A DNA stretch of 64,000 nucleotides from Lama glama (lineage: Eukaryota): NCBI GenBank assembly GCA_028534125.1, contig CM052841.1:66898001-66962000 (forward strand). The letters run 5' to 3'. Below are positions 1-12,000 of this stretch, one piece after another (the stretch's first letter is position 1; the number at the start of each line of letters is the position of its first letter). Under the pieces are notes generated by a model. That model was not told where the DNA came from. It worked only from the letters and a program-made list of their open reading frames with translations, and made no database searches. Position numbers and translations under genes: made by a program.

Positions 1-535
1 CACACTTGGGGTCCCTGGAGCCATGCCGAGGCCTGCACTTTGGAAAGAGCATCTGGTTTCAGAAGGGTGGGGAACAGCGGTGGGGCAGGGGACCAGGACG
101 ACTCAGCCTGAACAGCTCGGTGCTGGGCACGCAGAAGGGGAGGGGAGGGGCTGAGGCAGGGTCTCTGGCTCGAGCACCTGGAAGGTGCGTGAGGGTGCTA
201 AGCTCGGAGGGGAAGGGGCACCAGGGGTGGGCGATGAACTCTGCTTCCGGCCTGTTGCGTAGAGGAGCACAGGCTTCTGGGGATGGGACCAGTGGCTCCT
301 CCAAACTCTGGCTTCTGAGCAGTACCCTTCCTGTGCGCAGTTCAAACTCCTTGGAAGGGTTTGTGACATCCCCAGAGAGGGCCAGGGGCAGGAAAAGGGT
401 GGCAGGGAGGTTGTCTGGAGCCCCCTCTCCAGTGGGAGAGCGGATGGGGGGATGGGGTGGGCGGGGGTCCTGTTGAGTTTTCACCGCTTGACCCCCTCCC
501 AATGCCCTGCCCCACTGGCCATGTCCCTTTCCCAG

Positions 536-654
536 ACGACAGCTGCCAGGACCAGCCAGGCACCAACTGCGCCCTGGCCATCAAGGTGAACCTCTGCGGC
601 CACTGGTACTACAGCAAGGCGTGCTGCCGCTCCTGCAGGCCCCCCCACTCCTAG
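536..654 (+). CDS. ADAMTSL2: ADAMTS-like protein 2, last coding exon (PLAC domain)
   Basis: Acceptor tccctttcccag|AC at 535/536. Translates [38 protein letters not shown] then TAG (652-654), the six-Cys PLAC C-terminus of ADAMTSL2. Adjacent to FAM163B and DBH as expected. Confidence 0.95.
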
Positions 655-1130
655 GCCCGGCAGCCGCCCCTCAGAGACCGAGCACCCCATCCCTGGGGCC
701 GCAGCAGCTCCTGGGGCCCTTCCACGGACACCCTTCCTGCAGGGCGCCCAGCTGTGAAGACGTGACACTGAGCCTCTGCTCTCCCCGGGTAGGAGAGCCC
801 CCGAGAGTGCCCACCAGCCCTCCTGGGACACAGCCATGAGGATGGCGCGTTTGTGGTTCCTCCCTGGGCACCCAGCCCCACCCAGGGGCCTGGAGACGTC
901 GTCTCTCCCTCCAGGGCTGGGGGAGGGGCAGCCAGGGAGATCAGGGGCCGCCGGGGTCCTGCTCCTGTGCAGGTGCGCTCCTCCCAGAGGAATTTTAATC
1001 TCACGGTTTAGCATCGTTCGCCTCCCCGACACGAAGCTCTTGGCACGCAGGGACCCACCGCACTTTACGCCCGGGAAGAGGCATGTTTCTCACGGCACGC
1101 GTGGCCGTGCCGTCGTGCGTCAGTACTCTC

Positions 1131-1144
1131 TGTATGTTAATAAA
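1131..1144 (+). terminator. ADAMTSL2: ADAMTSL2 polyadenylation signal
   Basis: TGTA (1131-1134) then AATAAA (1139-1144), with GT-rich sequence downstream; first AATAAA after the stop. Confidence 0.8.
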
Positions 1145-2149
1145 GTGGCCGTATTTATGGTGACACTGTGGGCTCTCCGGGGCTCTGCCAGGAGGGGTGG
1201 GCGGCCGAGGGGCTGCGAGAGCCGGGGTGGCCGTCCCGCTCGGCCATTCGGGAGACTCCGCTGAGGCCTTGGGTCCAGGACCGAGTGGGGCTGGGGGCCG
1301 GGCGGCAATGCGGAAACGGAAGGCAGGGGAAAGCAGACAGAAGGCGAGGAAGCCTGGGCCGCGAGGGGGGGGGGCTCAGGGCCGTCAGGACTCGGGCGCT
1401 GGAGTCAGAGCTGAGCCAGTCTTGCTCCTCTCAGCTGGGCTGGGGCGCCGTCACCCAAACCTTGGGGTGTGCTGGGGAGAGCAGAGGAGGCGAGGCAGGC
1501 AGGGCAGGAGGGCCCGTGCCGAGTGCGCAGAGAACGCCCATCATTACTGTTTCTTAGAAGGGCTACCTAACCTGGACTTGGGGGTGCGGGGACACGGGAG
1601 GGCTTCCTGGGGAAGGCGACGTTTAGGGCAGTCCAGCAGCAGGCGTGGTTCTGAAAGAGGGGAAGAGTGCATAGAAAACGAAAGCTTTGGGGCGGGGGTG
1701 GGAGTCAAGGATGCCCAAAGCACCCTGGTTTGGCTGCAGCAGAGGAGGGAGGACATGGCTGTCCACCCACTGCAGGACAGCAGACCAGTGCAGGGCCGAG
1801 GCTGCCACAGGGGGTCTCCTTTGGGGACAGGGAGGAGGGGCAAGTGGCTGCCTGGCTGCTTCCCCGGGGTTTGGAGCCAGCCTGTCCCCAGACAGGGACC
1901 AGAGCAGGGCCCACCGCAGTGCTCAGGGTGGAATCCACAGCGCGGCAGTTGGCTGAGCAGCACTGCAGGTTGGCTGAGGCCCTGGGGTGGCTCCCTCGAG
2001 GTCAGCGGCTTGGTTCCAGTAGAGGTGGGTCACCGAGATCCAGGGGTCTGGGCCCCCTGACCACCCCGCCATGGTGCCCTGTTACCCCCTCCCCACTCCC
2101 ATCTCCTTCCTGCCTACGACCTTCCTCCCCTGTCCTCCTCTCTGCTGAC

Positions 2150-2320
2150 GCTTACTGTGCGCTACTGTGTGCCAGGGTCTGTGCCCAGCGCTTTACCAGC
2201 GCTGCCTCGTGCAATCCTCCTAGGAGCCCCATGAGTCAGTATCGTTGTCACCCATTGTGTGGAGGCTAAGACTGAGGCCCAGAGAGGTCTGTCCCTTGCC
2301 CCAGGTGGCTCAGCCCATCC
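2150..2320 (-). mobile_element. MIR SINE
   Basis: ctactgtgtgccagg...aatcctc...cccatt...actgaggcccagagagg...cttgcccc. Confidence 0.75.
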
Positions 2321-2592
2321 CCCACATCATGCTGTCCAGGCGCTCCGGGTTTAGGCCAGTGATTCCTAATCTTGGAAGGTCAACCCAGGCACTCCAGGAA
2401 ACTCAAAAGCAAACGTGGCTGTGGCTGGGCCCTCTGGGAGGAGCCCTGACCCCCACGGCTGGACAGGAGAGGAATGACCCACTCTGCCTGGGGTGCGGCT
2501 GGACACGGCCCCTCCCAGGGAGTTCCGGAGAGGGGTCTGGGTTGGCTTGGATCCCGGCTGACTGAAGACAGTGTGTGGTGTCCGACAGGGGT

Positions 2593-2598
2593 TTTATT
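2593..2598 (-). terminator. FAM163B: FAM163B polyadenylation signal
   Basis: TTTATT on + is AATAAA on -; first such hexamer I found downstream of the FAM163B stop, giving a 3' UTR of about 1.75 kb. Confidence 0.7.
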
Positions 2599-4330
2599 GG
2601 CTCTCGATTTTGTCAGGGAGCAGGCAGCTCCCCGTAGGTCCCCACGGTGGAGCTGAGTGACCTCAGATGGACGGGTGCGTGTTCATGTCAAAAGGACGTA
2701 GGAATCTATACAGAGGCCAGAGCCCAGAAAAGGAAAGAGGACACCAGACAGAACAGCCACAGAAGTGCCACCTCCAGGCCCTCGCCCCCACCCCCGCCCA
2801 CCCCCCAAGCTAATGCGTCAGAAACAGACTCATGGGGTCTGACAAAGGGAGGGGAAGCTTGGGGATGAATCCCATTAGCGAGTCCAAACTGAGGCAGGAG
2901 AAAGGAAGAAGAGGGGGAAAAAATTGAGACTGCTAAAAATAGTAAGTCTCCCTCACTCCGCTCACGCCAGAGTCTCAGCTCAGTGGCACTTTCAAGAAAG
3001 AGCTGGAAGGCGGTCAGGGCTGCTCACGGATTAGGGACAGCCGCTTGCCCTAAAAGCTTATCTTTCAGGGGGTGTCTTAGCTGGGAGCTTGTCCGTCTTC
3101 CTGGGCAGACGTGGGGCTGCCTCACCGGGGTGGGGGGCTCCATGGCCAGGCCCAAAGGCAGAGGAAGCCCAGGAGGGCACAGGGGGCTCTGGGTGCCATG
3201 CTGCAGAGACAGGAAAGGGCACCTCGGTGGGGGGCTGCACTCCCCGTGGCAGGTGCCCCTGGGTTTGGGGCATTTCTCTGGCCGGATGGAGGGACCCCCG
3301 AGCCCTGCTAGGAGCGTGGTGGACGGTGGGCTCAGCTGAGGTCTTCACGTGGAGGTGGAGGGGGGAAGGGGCGGCCTGAGGCCTTGCTCCCAGGTCCTCC
3401 TGGGAGCAACCAGGCAGGTAGGAGAGCTTGGGTCTGTCACCCTGGGGACCAGAGCAGAAGGGCTCCCAGAGGCTGAGGCCCAGGGGTGCGACGGCCCACC
3501 CCAGGTCTCGCGGGGAGCTTGGGGGCCTTTCAGCCCCTGGCCCGGGGCTCTGTGTGCCTGACCACATCAGGGCTGAGGACTGGTCACTCCTGTGTGTTTT
3601 AGGGTGGTCACTCCTGAAGCAGGGGGTCAGCCCACGGCCTCCTCTTAACCTCTTTTTTCACCAGTTGGGGCTGCACATTCCCAAAGGACCAGCCGCCTGG
3701 AAACTCTCTAGGGGGACCTGCCGGGAGGCCAGCTCAACCAGTGTTTTGGCTGCCTGGCACCTGAAGCCAGGGTGTGTGTGGGAGGGGCTGGGGGAGGGGG
3801 CACAGAGGCTCCGATCTGGGATCGAACACCCGGTCCCTGATGGCCAGGCAAGGCTTGTGCTGCAGGGCCCTAGCGTCATGGCTGCCATCCCTTCCTTGAA
3901 CAGGTAGGTAGACCGAGGCCTCGAGAGGGAGTGATGTGGCCAGGCCGTGCCGCCAGATGGCCAAGTTCCTGGGGCTGAGACCGAGGCCACCCTCCACTGC
4001 CCCTGTACTGAATGGCGGCATTGGCGCCAGGAGCCTGGCGTCTACGCTGCAGAGCCCTACCTCGCTCTGCAGCCTCTCACCTGGATGCTGCCGCTCACCT
4101 GTGCTTGCATCACACCTGCCTCCCTTCCAGACCAGGCCCCGGGCGGCCACGCTAGCATTCACCAGACCTTATCCCTGCTGAGAGCCCCCGGGCTCCCCAA
4201 CAGGGCCCCCGCGATGATGGGGATGCAAGGAAAGCTGGGCCAAGCCCCGGTCCAGGCCGCCTGGGGCCAGGCTGATGTGCCGTCGAGACCCCACCATGGT
4301 CTCAGGACCTGTCGGCGGCTGGGGGCGCTC

Positions 4331-4732
4331 TCAGACGTCGGTGCTGATGCTACGGCTCCGGGAGAAGGCCTCCCGCATGGCCGAGAGGCGGTTGGGGTTG
4401 AGGGCCTGCAGGGCCCCGAAGCTCCCGGGCTGCAGCTCCACGTCCTCCTGGCTGAGGCTCCGGTAGGCGACGCGCTCCCCGCCGTTGCGCACGCCCTCGT
4501 CCTCAGGCTCCTGCAGGAGGAAGNNNNNNNNNNNNNNNNNNNNNNNNNNNNNNNNNNNNNNNNNNNNNNNNNNNNNNNNNNNNNNNNNNNNNNNNNNNNN
4601 NNNNNNNNNNNNNNNNNNNNNNNNNNNNNNNNNNNNNNNNNNNNNNNNNNNNNNNNNNNNNNNNNNNNNNNNNNNNNNNAAGTCCGGCTCCTCCTCGTCC
4701 TCCTCCGACTCGTCCTTCTTGCAGCAGTAGTA
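4331..4732 (-). CDS. FAM163B: FAM163B last coding exon (spans an N gap)
   Basis: Acceptor cccgcag|TAC TAC TGC TGC. Translates YYCCKKDESEEDEEEPD...FLLQEPEDEGVRNGGERVAYRSLSQEDVELQPGSFGALQALNPNRLSAMREAFSRSRSISTDV then TGA (4331-4333). The C-terminal SRSISTDV is typical of FAM163 proteins. Confidence 0.95.
   Translation of the reverse strand, partial: YYCCKKDESEEDEEEPDXXXXXXXXXXXXXXXXXXXXXXXXXXXXXXXXXXXXXXXXXXXXXXXXXXXXXFLLQEPEDEGVRNGGERVAYRSLSQEDVELQPGSFGALQALNPNRLSAMREAFSRSRSISTDV
4524..4679. other. N gap (156 nt) inside FAM163B CDS
   Basis: Run of N. Confidence 0.99.
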
Positions 4733-4899
4733 CTGCGGGCAGAGGGCCGGTGATCCCCAGCTCCCCACCCACTCACCCTCACCGCGCGCGGCACCCAGAG
4801 GGGGCCCGGCGCACCCAGCTCGGACCCCGTGTCCTTCTAACCACCCCGTCCTGGAGCTTGCTCAGGCTGGGCACCCCGGATTCCTGGGGTCCCTAGATG

Positions 4900-5040
4900 A
4901 GGGATTCTCTCATTTCATCCCACAGCTCCTGGAAGCAGGTGCGACTAACAGCTCCATTTTGCAGGCCAGGAAACTGAGGCTCGGGGCTCAGGCAGCCTGG
5001 AAGCGGCAGAGCTGGGATGCCAGCCCAGGCAGTCTGGCCA
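4900..5040 (-). mobile_element. MIR SINE
   Basis: ccattttgcaggccaggaaactgaggctc...gcagagctgggat..cccaggcagtctg. Confidence 0.7.
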
Positions 5041-5125
5041 CCGCCTGGTTCACGGGCCCCGGGCTGGGCTGCCTTGCCCTGCCCATGCGGCTTCCCCTTC
5101 TCTGTCAGGAAGACATGGGGGCCTA

Positions 5126-5545
<420 letters not shown>

Positions 5546-5919
5546 TCAACAGCCTGCAACACACACCACCGGCCTCACGGCATCATTATCTCAGCCCAGA
5601 GAGAAGCTGCTCTCGTTTAGGAAGTCGAAGGAACACCCCAAAAGGGAAAACAAAATACCCCAGGGCACGCGTGTGGGAGGCAGGGGCTGGGCCTGAGGGT
5701 GGGCAGGAGACCCCCAGCTGGTTCGGCGAGCTCACGCTCTGTAAAATTCACCCAGGTGCCGCCAGGCTGAACCTACGGGTTTGCAACCTGCTTTTCCGCC
5801 TAACAAGATGGTCCTTATTTATCCTTATCGTTAAATTTTCTTCTGCAACATAATTTCAAACCACCTTCCATTTTATAACATAACCGATCCCTTTTCTCTT
5901 AAAATGTTAAATTGCCAGT

Positions 5920-6045
5920 AAAAGACACACCACATGACGTTTGCCACCTTCACCATTTTTTAAGTGTATGATTCAGTGGTGTTAAGTGTATCCACATTGT
6001 TTGCAACCGATTTCCAGAACTGTTTCATCACTCAAGACTGAAAAC
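5920..6045 (-). mobile_element. LINE-1 (L1M) 3' end fragment
   Basis: ccatttttaagtgtatgattcagtgg...cacattgtttgcaacc...tttccagaactgtttcatcac. Confidence 0.7.
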
Positions 6046-8039
6046 CAACTTCTTTTTGATAGGCTGTTTACATGAAAAAAAAAAACTTAAGCCAACATTT
6101 TAATAAATGCTTTTGTAGCTCAACACTGGATCCACTTGGGTTGCAGGGCCGACTTCAATGACGTTTCCCGGATCGATTCTGAGAAGCGGGATTTCTAGGC
6201 CTAAGGATGTGCCCTTCGTAAACTTCTGTGGAAAATGCTGAACAGACATGAGGTAGAGAAAGTGAACCCTGCTGTCGCCGGCGGTGCTCTTGTGAGATTT
6301 CCATCCGCCTGTCCGGGTGCCGATGTAACAGTTCTTAGAATAAAAGCACCCTGGCTTGTAGCATCTGCTGGTGTTCGCAGTGGAAATACTTCACTGTGGC
6401 CCATTTCAAGCTGCCAAGGTTCAATGACTGGCTTGGTGGATACCTGGATGGTTCATGACCACCGCTCACACGTGCTTGCTGGTTCCAGCACACCTTTCCC
6501 CAATCTCCCCTTCCCCCCATTTTTTTTTTTTGCAGGGGAATAGCATGGTGGGGGCGATTGAGTTCCTGAAAGGAAACCCCAAGGCACATCATTTCACTCA
6601 TAAATAGTTCAGTGCAAAATCTGACAGGTGAAGACCTTTAAAAAAAAACCCCATCAATCATCTCCAAAATGTCTTTTTACAGCTGATTTGTTCGAATCAG
6701 CATCCAGCTGTGTTCAGCGCCTTTGCCTGCAGAAGAGTTCAGTTCCCCTCGTGCGCCCCACTTCCCCGCCCCATGTTGTTTACAGAAGAAGCTGGGTCAT
6801 TTACTTTACAGAATTCTCCGCAAACTCGAACTGGCTGCACCTCTGGCAGCATTTCACGTCCTCCTCTGTCATGGTTTTGTCGTCGACCCTGCCTTCCTCT
6901 CACATCACTCTCAGGGCCCCAAGACGGCCGTCCCTCTGGCCCTGATGTTGACATTAACCAGGGGCTCAGCGGCCGGCAGCCCCACTCTCCCACGTGGAGT
7001 CCCCCGTCGGCCCCCACCTTGCCCTTCCAGCAGCCAGCGGGAGTCTTTGCCTAGATCTGCTATTTCATTACGGGTCACAAATGGTGACTTTTCAAATGCA
7101 GTCATTTCTCCTGCATGGATGAGCTCGGTTCTTCTCCAGAGAACTTTCCCTGTCACCTCTGTGGGGACAGCAACAGGCAGTCGCAGCAGAGGGGCACAGA
7201 TGCTCAGCTCTCAGTGTTGTCAGTTCTCAGAACCAGCTGGCACCTCCCGAGGTCTGTGGCTGTTTTACAACAGCACCGTGCCCTCACTGGTTTCCACGTA
7301 CCTGGCGTGTCTCGGTCCACCACCGTCATTACTCTTTTTGATGTTCGCAAGTGATCCCGCTGGGAACGCAGGGTGGCAGGTCCCTCTAAGCCGACTTGCG
7401 CATCATTTTGATGGGACCCCAGCAATCCTTGACACGTGTTGCTTTCAGGCACAAGCTATCCCAGCTCACCTGGCTGCAGTCCTGGGACCTGCCGTCCCCC
7501 TGGGCCCCCCGCTCTCCTGGTGGGAAGTGAGTTGTGGAGGACACTGTCTGGGCACCAGGGGTGCTGGCTGCTCTCGGGTTTCCATTGGTTCCAGGCATTT
7601 TCAGTGACCAGAGCTAAGAAAGACTTAAATTTTTTTTTTAAGGAAGAGAACAATGGACATGAGGTCATACTGATATTTCCACTTAAAATTCGAGATGAAA
7701 GGGTTTTTACTTGTTAAAATGTGAGGTCTCTGTGACTTCCGCAGGGAAAATTTTGTTTCCTAATGACATACACTTCATTACCTGTTTGCTCTCCCCACTG
7801 TGTGTAACCACCGTCCTTGCTGGGCGTTTACGGAGTGGAATTAGGTGCGGATCTGTTACTCTTTCTTTCTCATCGCCTTAGGGACATCTAGTAAAAAGCC
7901 GGTTTCAAAGCCACCTGAAATAATTCTTGGCGCTGTTTCCTTCCACCGCCTGGGCGCTCAGATTCGTTTACTCCAGTTGGCTTTTACTTTCCCTTTTGGG
8001 CACCGTTATGCTCTTCATTGTAACACACGTGATTATTAT

Positions 8040-8150
8040 GTGCGTAACTTGTTTGATTGCACTCACTTCACTGTGCTTCAGAGACACAATGTTTTTACAA
8101 ATTGAAGGTGAGTTGAGCAAGTCTGTTGGTGCCCTTCTTCTAACAAACGG
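8040..8150 (+). mobile_element. Tigger1-like DNA transposon end fragment
   Basis: gtttttacaaattgaaggt...gagcaagtctgttggtgcc matches the recalled Tigger1 terminus with an internal deletion. Confidence 0.65.
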
Positions 8151-8969
8151 TATTCTTTTTATTTTTGGTTATTTTATTTTCTAAATTATTTTAAAATTTT
8201 ACTTTCTTTTTAAAAAAACTGATTCAACTTTGCTTTTTAACCGTAGAAAACATTTGGTTCCAAAGTCAAAGGCGTAAAGCCAGGTGCCCACGGAGAGGCC
8301 TCGCTCCCATGTCTGCCTCCCCGCCGCGCCGCCCGGAGAGAGCGGTGTCACCTAGTTCTGGGTCATCCTTCCCCTGCTGCTTCCTAAAAATGTAGGCAAA
8401 CGTGCATTTAGAGTGTCATGCTGTCTACACCTTCCCTTTCCCCTGAGGCGTCCAGCCCCAGGCAGCCCACGTGTCCCTCGAGGCGCGGTGGCCCCGGCGC
8501 TGGCCGGCCCCCCTCACGCCGGGCGCGGGGACCCGCGGGCCGGTGTCAGCATCACTTCCCACTTCTTGCGGTTGCAGGAATATGCAGCGAAGGGCTTTGT
8601 GGTGTGCACGTTTCTAAAGGTTTTGATAAACCTTGCCAAAGACTTGCTGGAATTTGGGCCGAGTTTTCCTCTTCCAGGAATGTGTGGGAATAACTGACAG
8701 ACGGGGCTTTTGTGTGGAGACTCAGGGTCTGGGCGGTCGGAGGGCGGGAGTGAGGGAGCTGAGCCCCGCATGGTGAGCTTGGAGGCTCACTGGGTCCCCA
8801 CAGGCTCCTCTGTGGGGTCAAGCGGCCTGGGAGAGAGCGTGGCCGCAGAGGGACACCGGGGACGCCGGGCTGCAGATGGAGGAGGACACGGACGGGTGCT
8901 GACAAGAGGGTCTGGCCCAGGCAGTGCTGTGGGGCAGAGGCAAAGCGGGGGTGGGGACCCAGATCCGGA

Positions 8970-9090
8970 GCAGACAGACAGAGGGACAGAAAGGTAGATC
9001 CAGACAGGCCCAAAGCGACGAGACGATGAGACAGACTCACAGACAGCTCCAGACTCAGACAGACGGAGGTGCAGACAGGCAGCTCCAGAC
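8970..9090. repeat. Degenerate (AGAC)n simple repeat
   Basis: cagacagacagagggacaga...agacagactcacagacag. Confidence 0.7.
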
Positions 9091-12000
9091 AGCTGGACCA
9101 GCAGGGTCCGGTCAGGAGGACACAGCGCAGGCCACACAGACGCGCAGGAGCCCCAGGGACCCCTGCATTCCTGGGCGCCCTGCCGGGCAGCTCCCACCTT
9201 CCTCGGCCCCCAGGGTGGCTGGGGCCAGCTGGCCCGCCCGCCCTGCGAGGGGGTAGGGAGATCAGGGCCGGTTCCAGGGAGCTGGGGGTGCAGGGGAGGC
9301 GGCCGGCGGGGGACGCTGGGCAGGGGCCAGGCCTGCTGTCCAGTTGCATTTCACGCTCTTCGCTGAGGTGAGACAAAAGCAAAGCCAGCAGCTGCCGGCG
9401 GAGAGCGGCCCGGCTCCCCCTGCGCGCCCCCCGCCCCAGGCGCAGGGGTGCTGCAGCTCGTCTCTGCCCGACCCGGCGCAGCCAGAGCGCGGGCAGCAGA
9501 GCGGAGCCCTGCAGCCTCCCCTCGTCTTCCCAGTGGCCGTGGGAGGGCGGGGCCGGCGCTGGGACCAGAAATTTGCTGGGGAGGAGACTGAAGCTCAGAG
9601 GAGAACGGAGTCACTCCCCGTTACCCAGCTGAAGCCCGGCTCCCCATCAGGGCCACTGGTCCACGTGTGCCATTCCAGCTAATGGGCCCATCGCAGCCAA
9701 AAGTCACGTGCAGCTCACTGCCCGCCCAGGGGCTCCGGGGCCCCCCGGGCCCAGAGGCTTTCAGCGGCCCCACCGTCCTGTCCAGCAAACTTGTCAGTTA
9801 GGCCCCCTCAGATCCCACACTAGCCCCATGGGGCATGGCCCTCACCTTGAAAGGTGAGCCAGCTGAGGCTAGGGGAGGGTACTTCCCACATCCCAGCATG
9901 GCAGCTCCGGGGTCGGCAGGAGCCAGGTCTGCTGTGGCCGTCATAGGCCTCCTGGGGTGTCAGCAACCCCGAGGCGGGGCCCCACGCCCCCAGGGTGCGA
10001 GGTCCAGTCTCCCACAGCGTCTTTGTGGACGCACGGCACGGCAGCAGGCACAGCCACGCAACAACAGGTTTGGGGTGCCTACCCAGGCCGGCCCCCCTCT
10101 CGGTGCCCTGCCCCCTGAGCCGCTGGCCCAGAGCCCCCTTCAGCACCACTACCTCCCCGCCCCCAACCACAGCCTGCTGGGCTCAGGGTGGACAGGCCCC
10201 CAGCTGGACTGGCCCTCCCCTCTCCCAGGAAGTGTGCCTGGGACCTGGACACTGGCCAGTCCCTGTTGTTCCCTTGACCTTGGGGACAGACATATCCCTG
10301 TGTGAGGAGCCCGTCCAGGGCGGGAAGAGAGGAAGGACACAGGCACCGAGAGAAAGCCAGGCTGGGGTCCCAATTCCCCCGTCGAGATCCACAGTGCCTC
10401 TTTTAGCAGATACAACCCCTTGTGTGCGCTTCTGCTACGTGCATCCAAAAAAGATCACTGTGGTCCTCCTTCATCGATGAGGGAGCTCACCGAGCTCAAG
10501 AACGGTCAAGGAGGTAGTGCTGGGATGAAGCCCAGGGCCCCCCGCCCCCAGCATCCCGGCTGGACCCCTGAAAGCCAGCGTAGCTCTGCCCTTGGTTGAT
10601 CGCAAGAACAGGGCTTCAGACACCCCCATTTCTCTGTGCCTCAGCTCCCTCCTCTGTGAAGTGGGGGAACACTGAGGCTCCACCAGGCGGCAGGTGTGCT
10701 GCGCTCAGATTTCTATGGTTTCCCTCGGGGGCTAAACCCTTCATCAGGCCCCGAGGGCGAGGCCACAGAGCCTGCCTCTCAGTCTGAGGCACAGATGGCC
10801 CCGTGCTCTGCGGGCTCTGGGTGGGGGCCCTCCAGCGCAGGCGGCCTGGAGGCGTGATGGGAAGGGTGCCGGCACAGGCCAGGCGCCCAGGGCTGTCAGC
10901 AGCCACGGCTCTGACGCCCGTGCCCTATCCAGCTGGAGCGTCTCAGCCGCGCTCTGCAGATAGATGTGTGCCGAGGGGCAGTGACGCCCGCGCCGGGCAT
11001 GGGTCCCGGGGCCAGCCCCGGCCAGCAGACGCGCACACCGTGGGTGGCTTGCTTGTGCCCTAGCCTGACAGCAGTCCTTGGTTAACTCTGAACAGCCCCT
11101 GAAAGTGCCATGGCCTCCCTCACCCCTGCCCCCCAGCCACCCCCGGGATCCCCTTCCCTCTGCCTCTCCAGGGCTTACCCTGCCATCAGTGCCTAGAACA
11201 CGCCTTCTCTTCCAAGAAGCCTTCCTGGACTTTCTTTAATGCACCTCACAGGAGCTTGCAGTGCCAGGGCTGGGAAGGACTATGACCCACCCCTCTGTTT
11301 GGTGGGTGGGGTCGGGGAAGGCTGAGGCCAGCACAGGGGTGGGGAGTGGGGCGGAGGCGGGGGAACATTCGTAACCTCACTCAGCAAGTTAGTGGAAGAA
11401 CAGTAGCCAGAGATCCCTTTCCCCAGGTCCCACAGCTTGCTGCGCTCGCTGAGCTGTCACCTTCCAGACCTCTTCCCTGTGCCCGAGGTGACCAGTGTGA
11501 GGGGCCCTTGTGCTGCCCAGGAGGCAGGCTGGTGGGACAGTGTCCTGCCATTCACCCGCTGGTAAGCCTGGGCGTGGGCCACTGTCTGGGCCTCAATTTC
11601 TCTATCTGTAACCTGGGCATGGGACGACTTAGAAAGCCAGTTCCTGCCAGCTCTGGACTTGAAGGGTCTTGGTTTCTTGTCTTTAACCAGCCCTGCCTGT
11701 TTGGGGTCTGGATGACTGAGAGGCATGACAGAGTCTCAGAATCATGAACGTGAAAAAGGCCAGCTGCTGGTCCGAGCGCTGGACCAGGATGGCTTCCCCC
11801 AGAGGGGGCAGAGATGGGGGAGGGCCGCTGACACTTCGATTTGCCTGGGAGCTCAGCAGGAAACCCGTCTGACCAAGCGTCCCCTGGACACGCGTGTCCT
11901 GGGAATGGCTGCGCTGAGTGCCCTGGAGACCATGGAGGGCTTTGGGGTTTGGGCGGGTGGTATGGCATTGAGGGAACCACGGGGGGCTTCCTGGAGGAGG

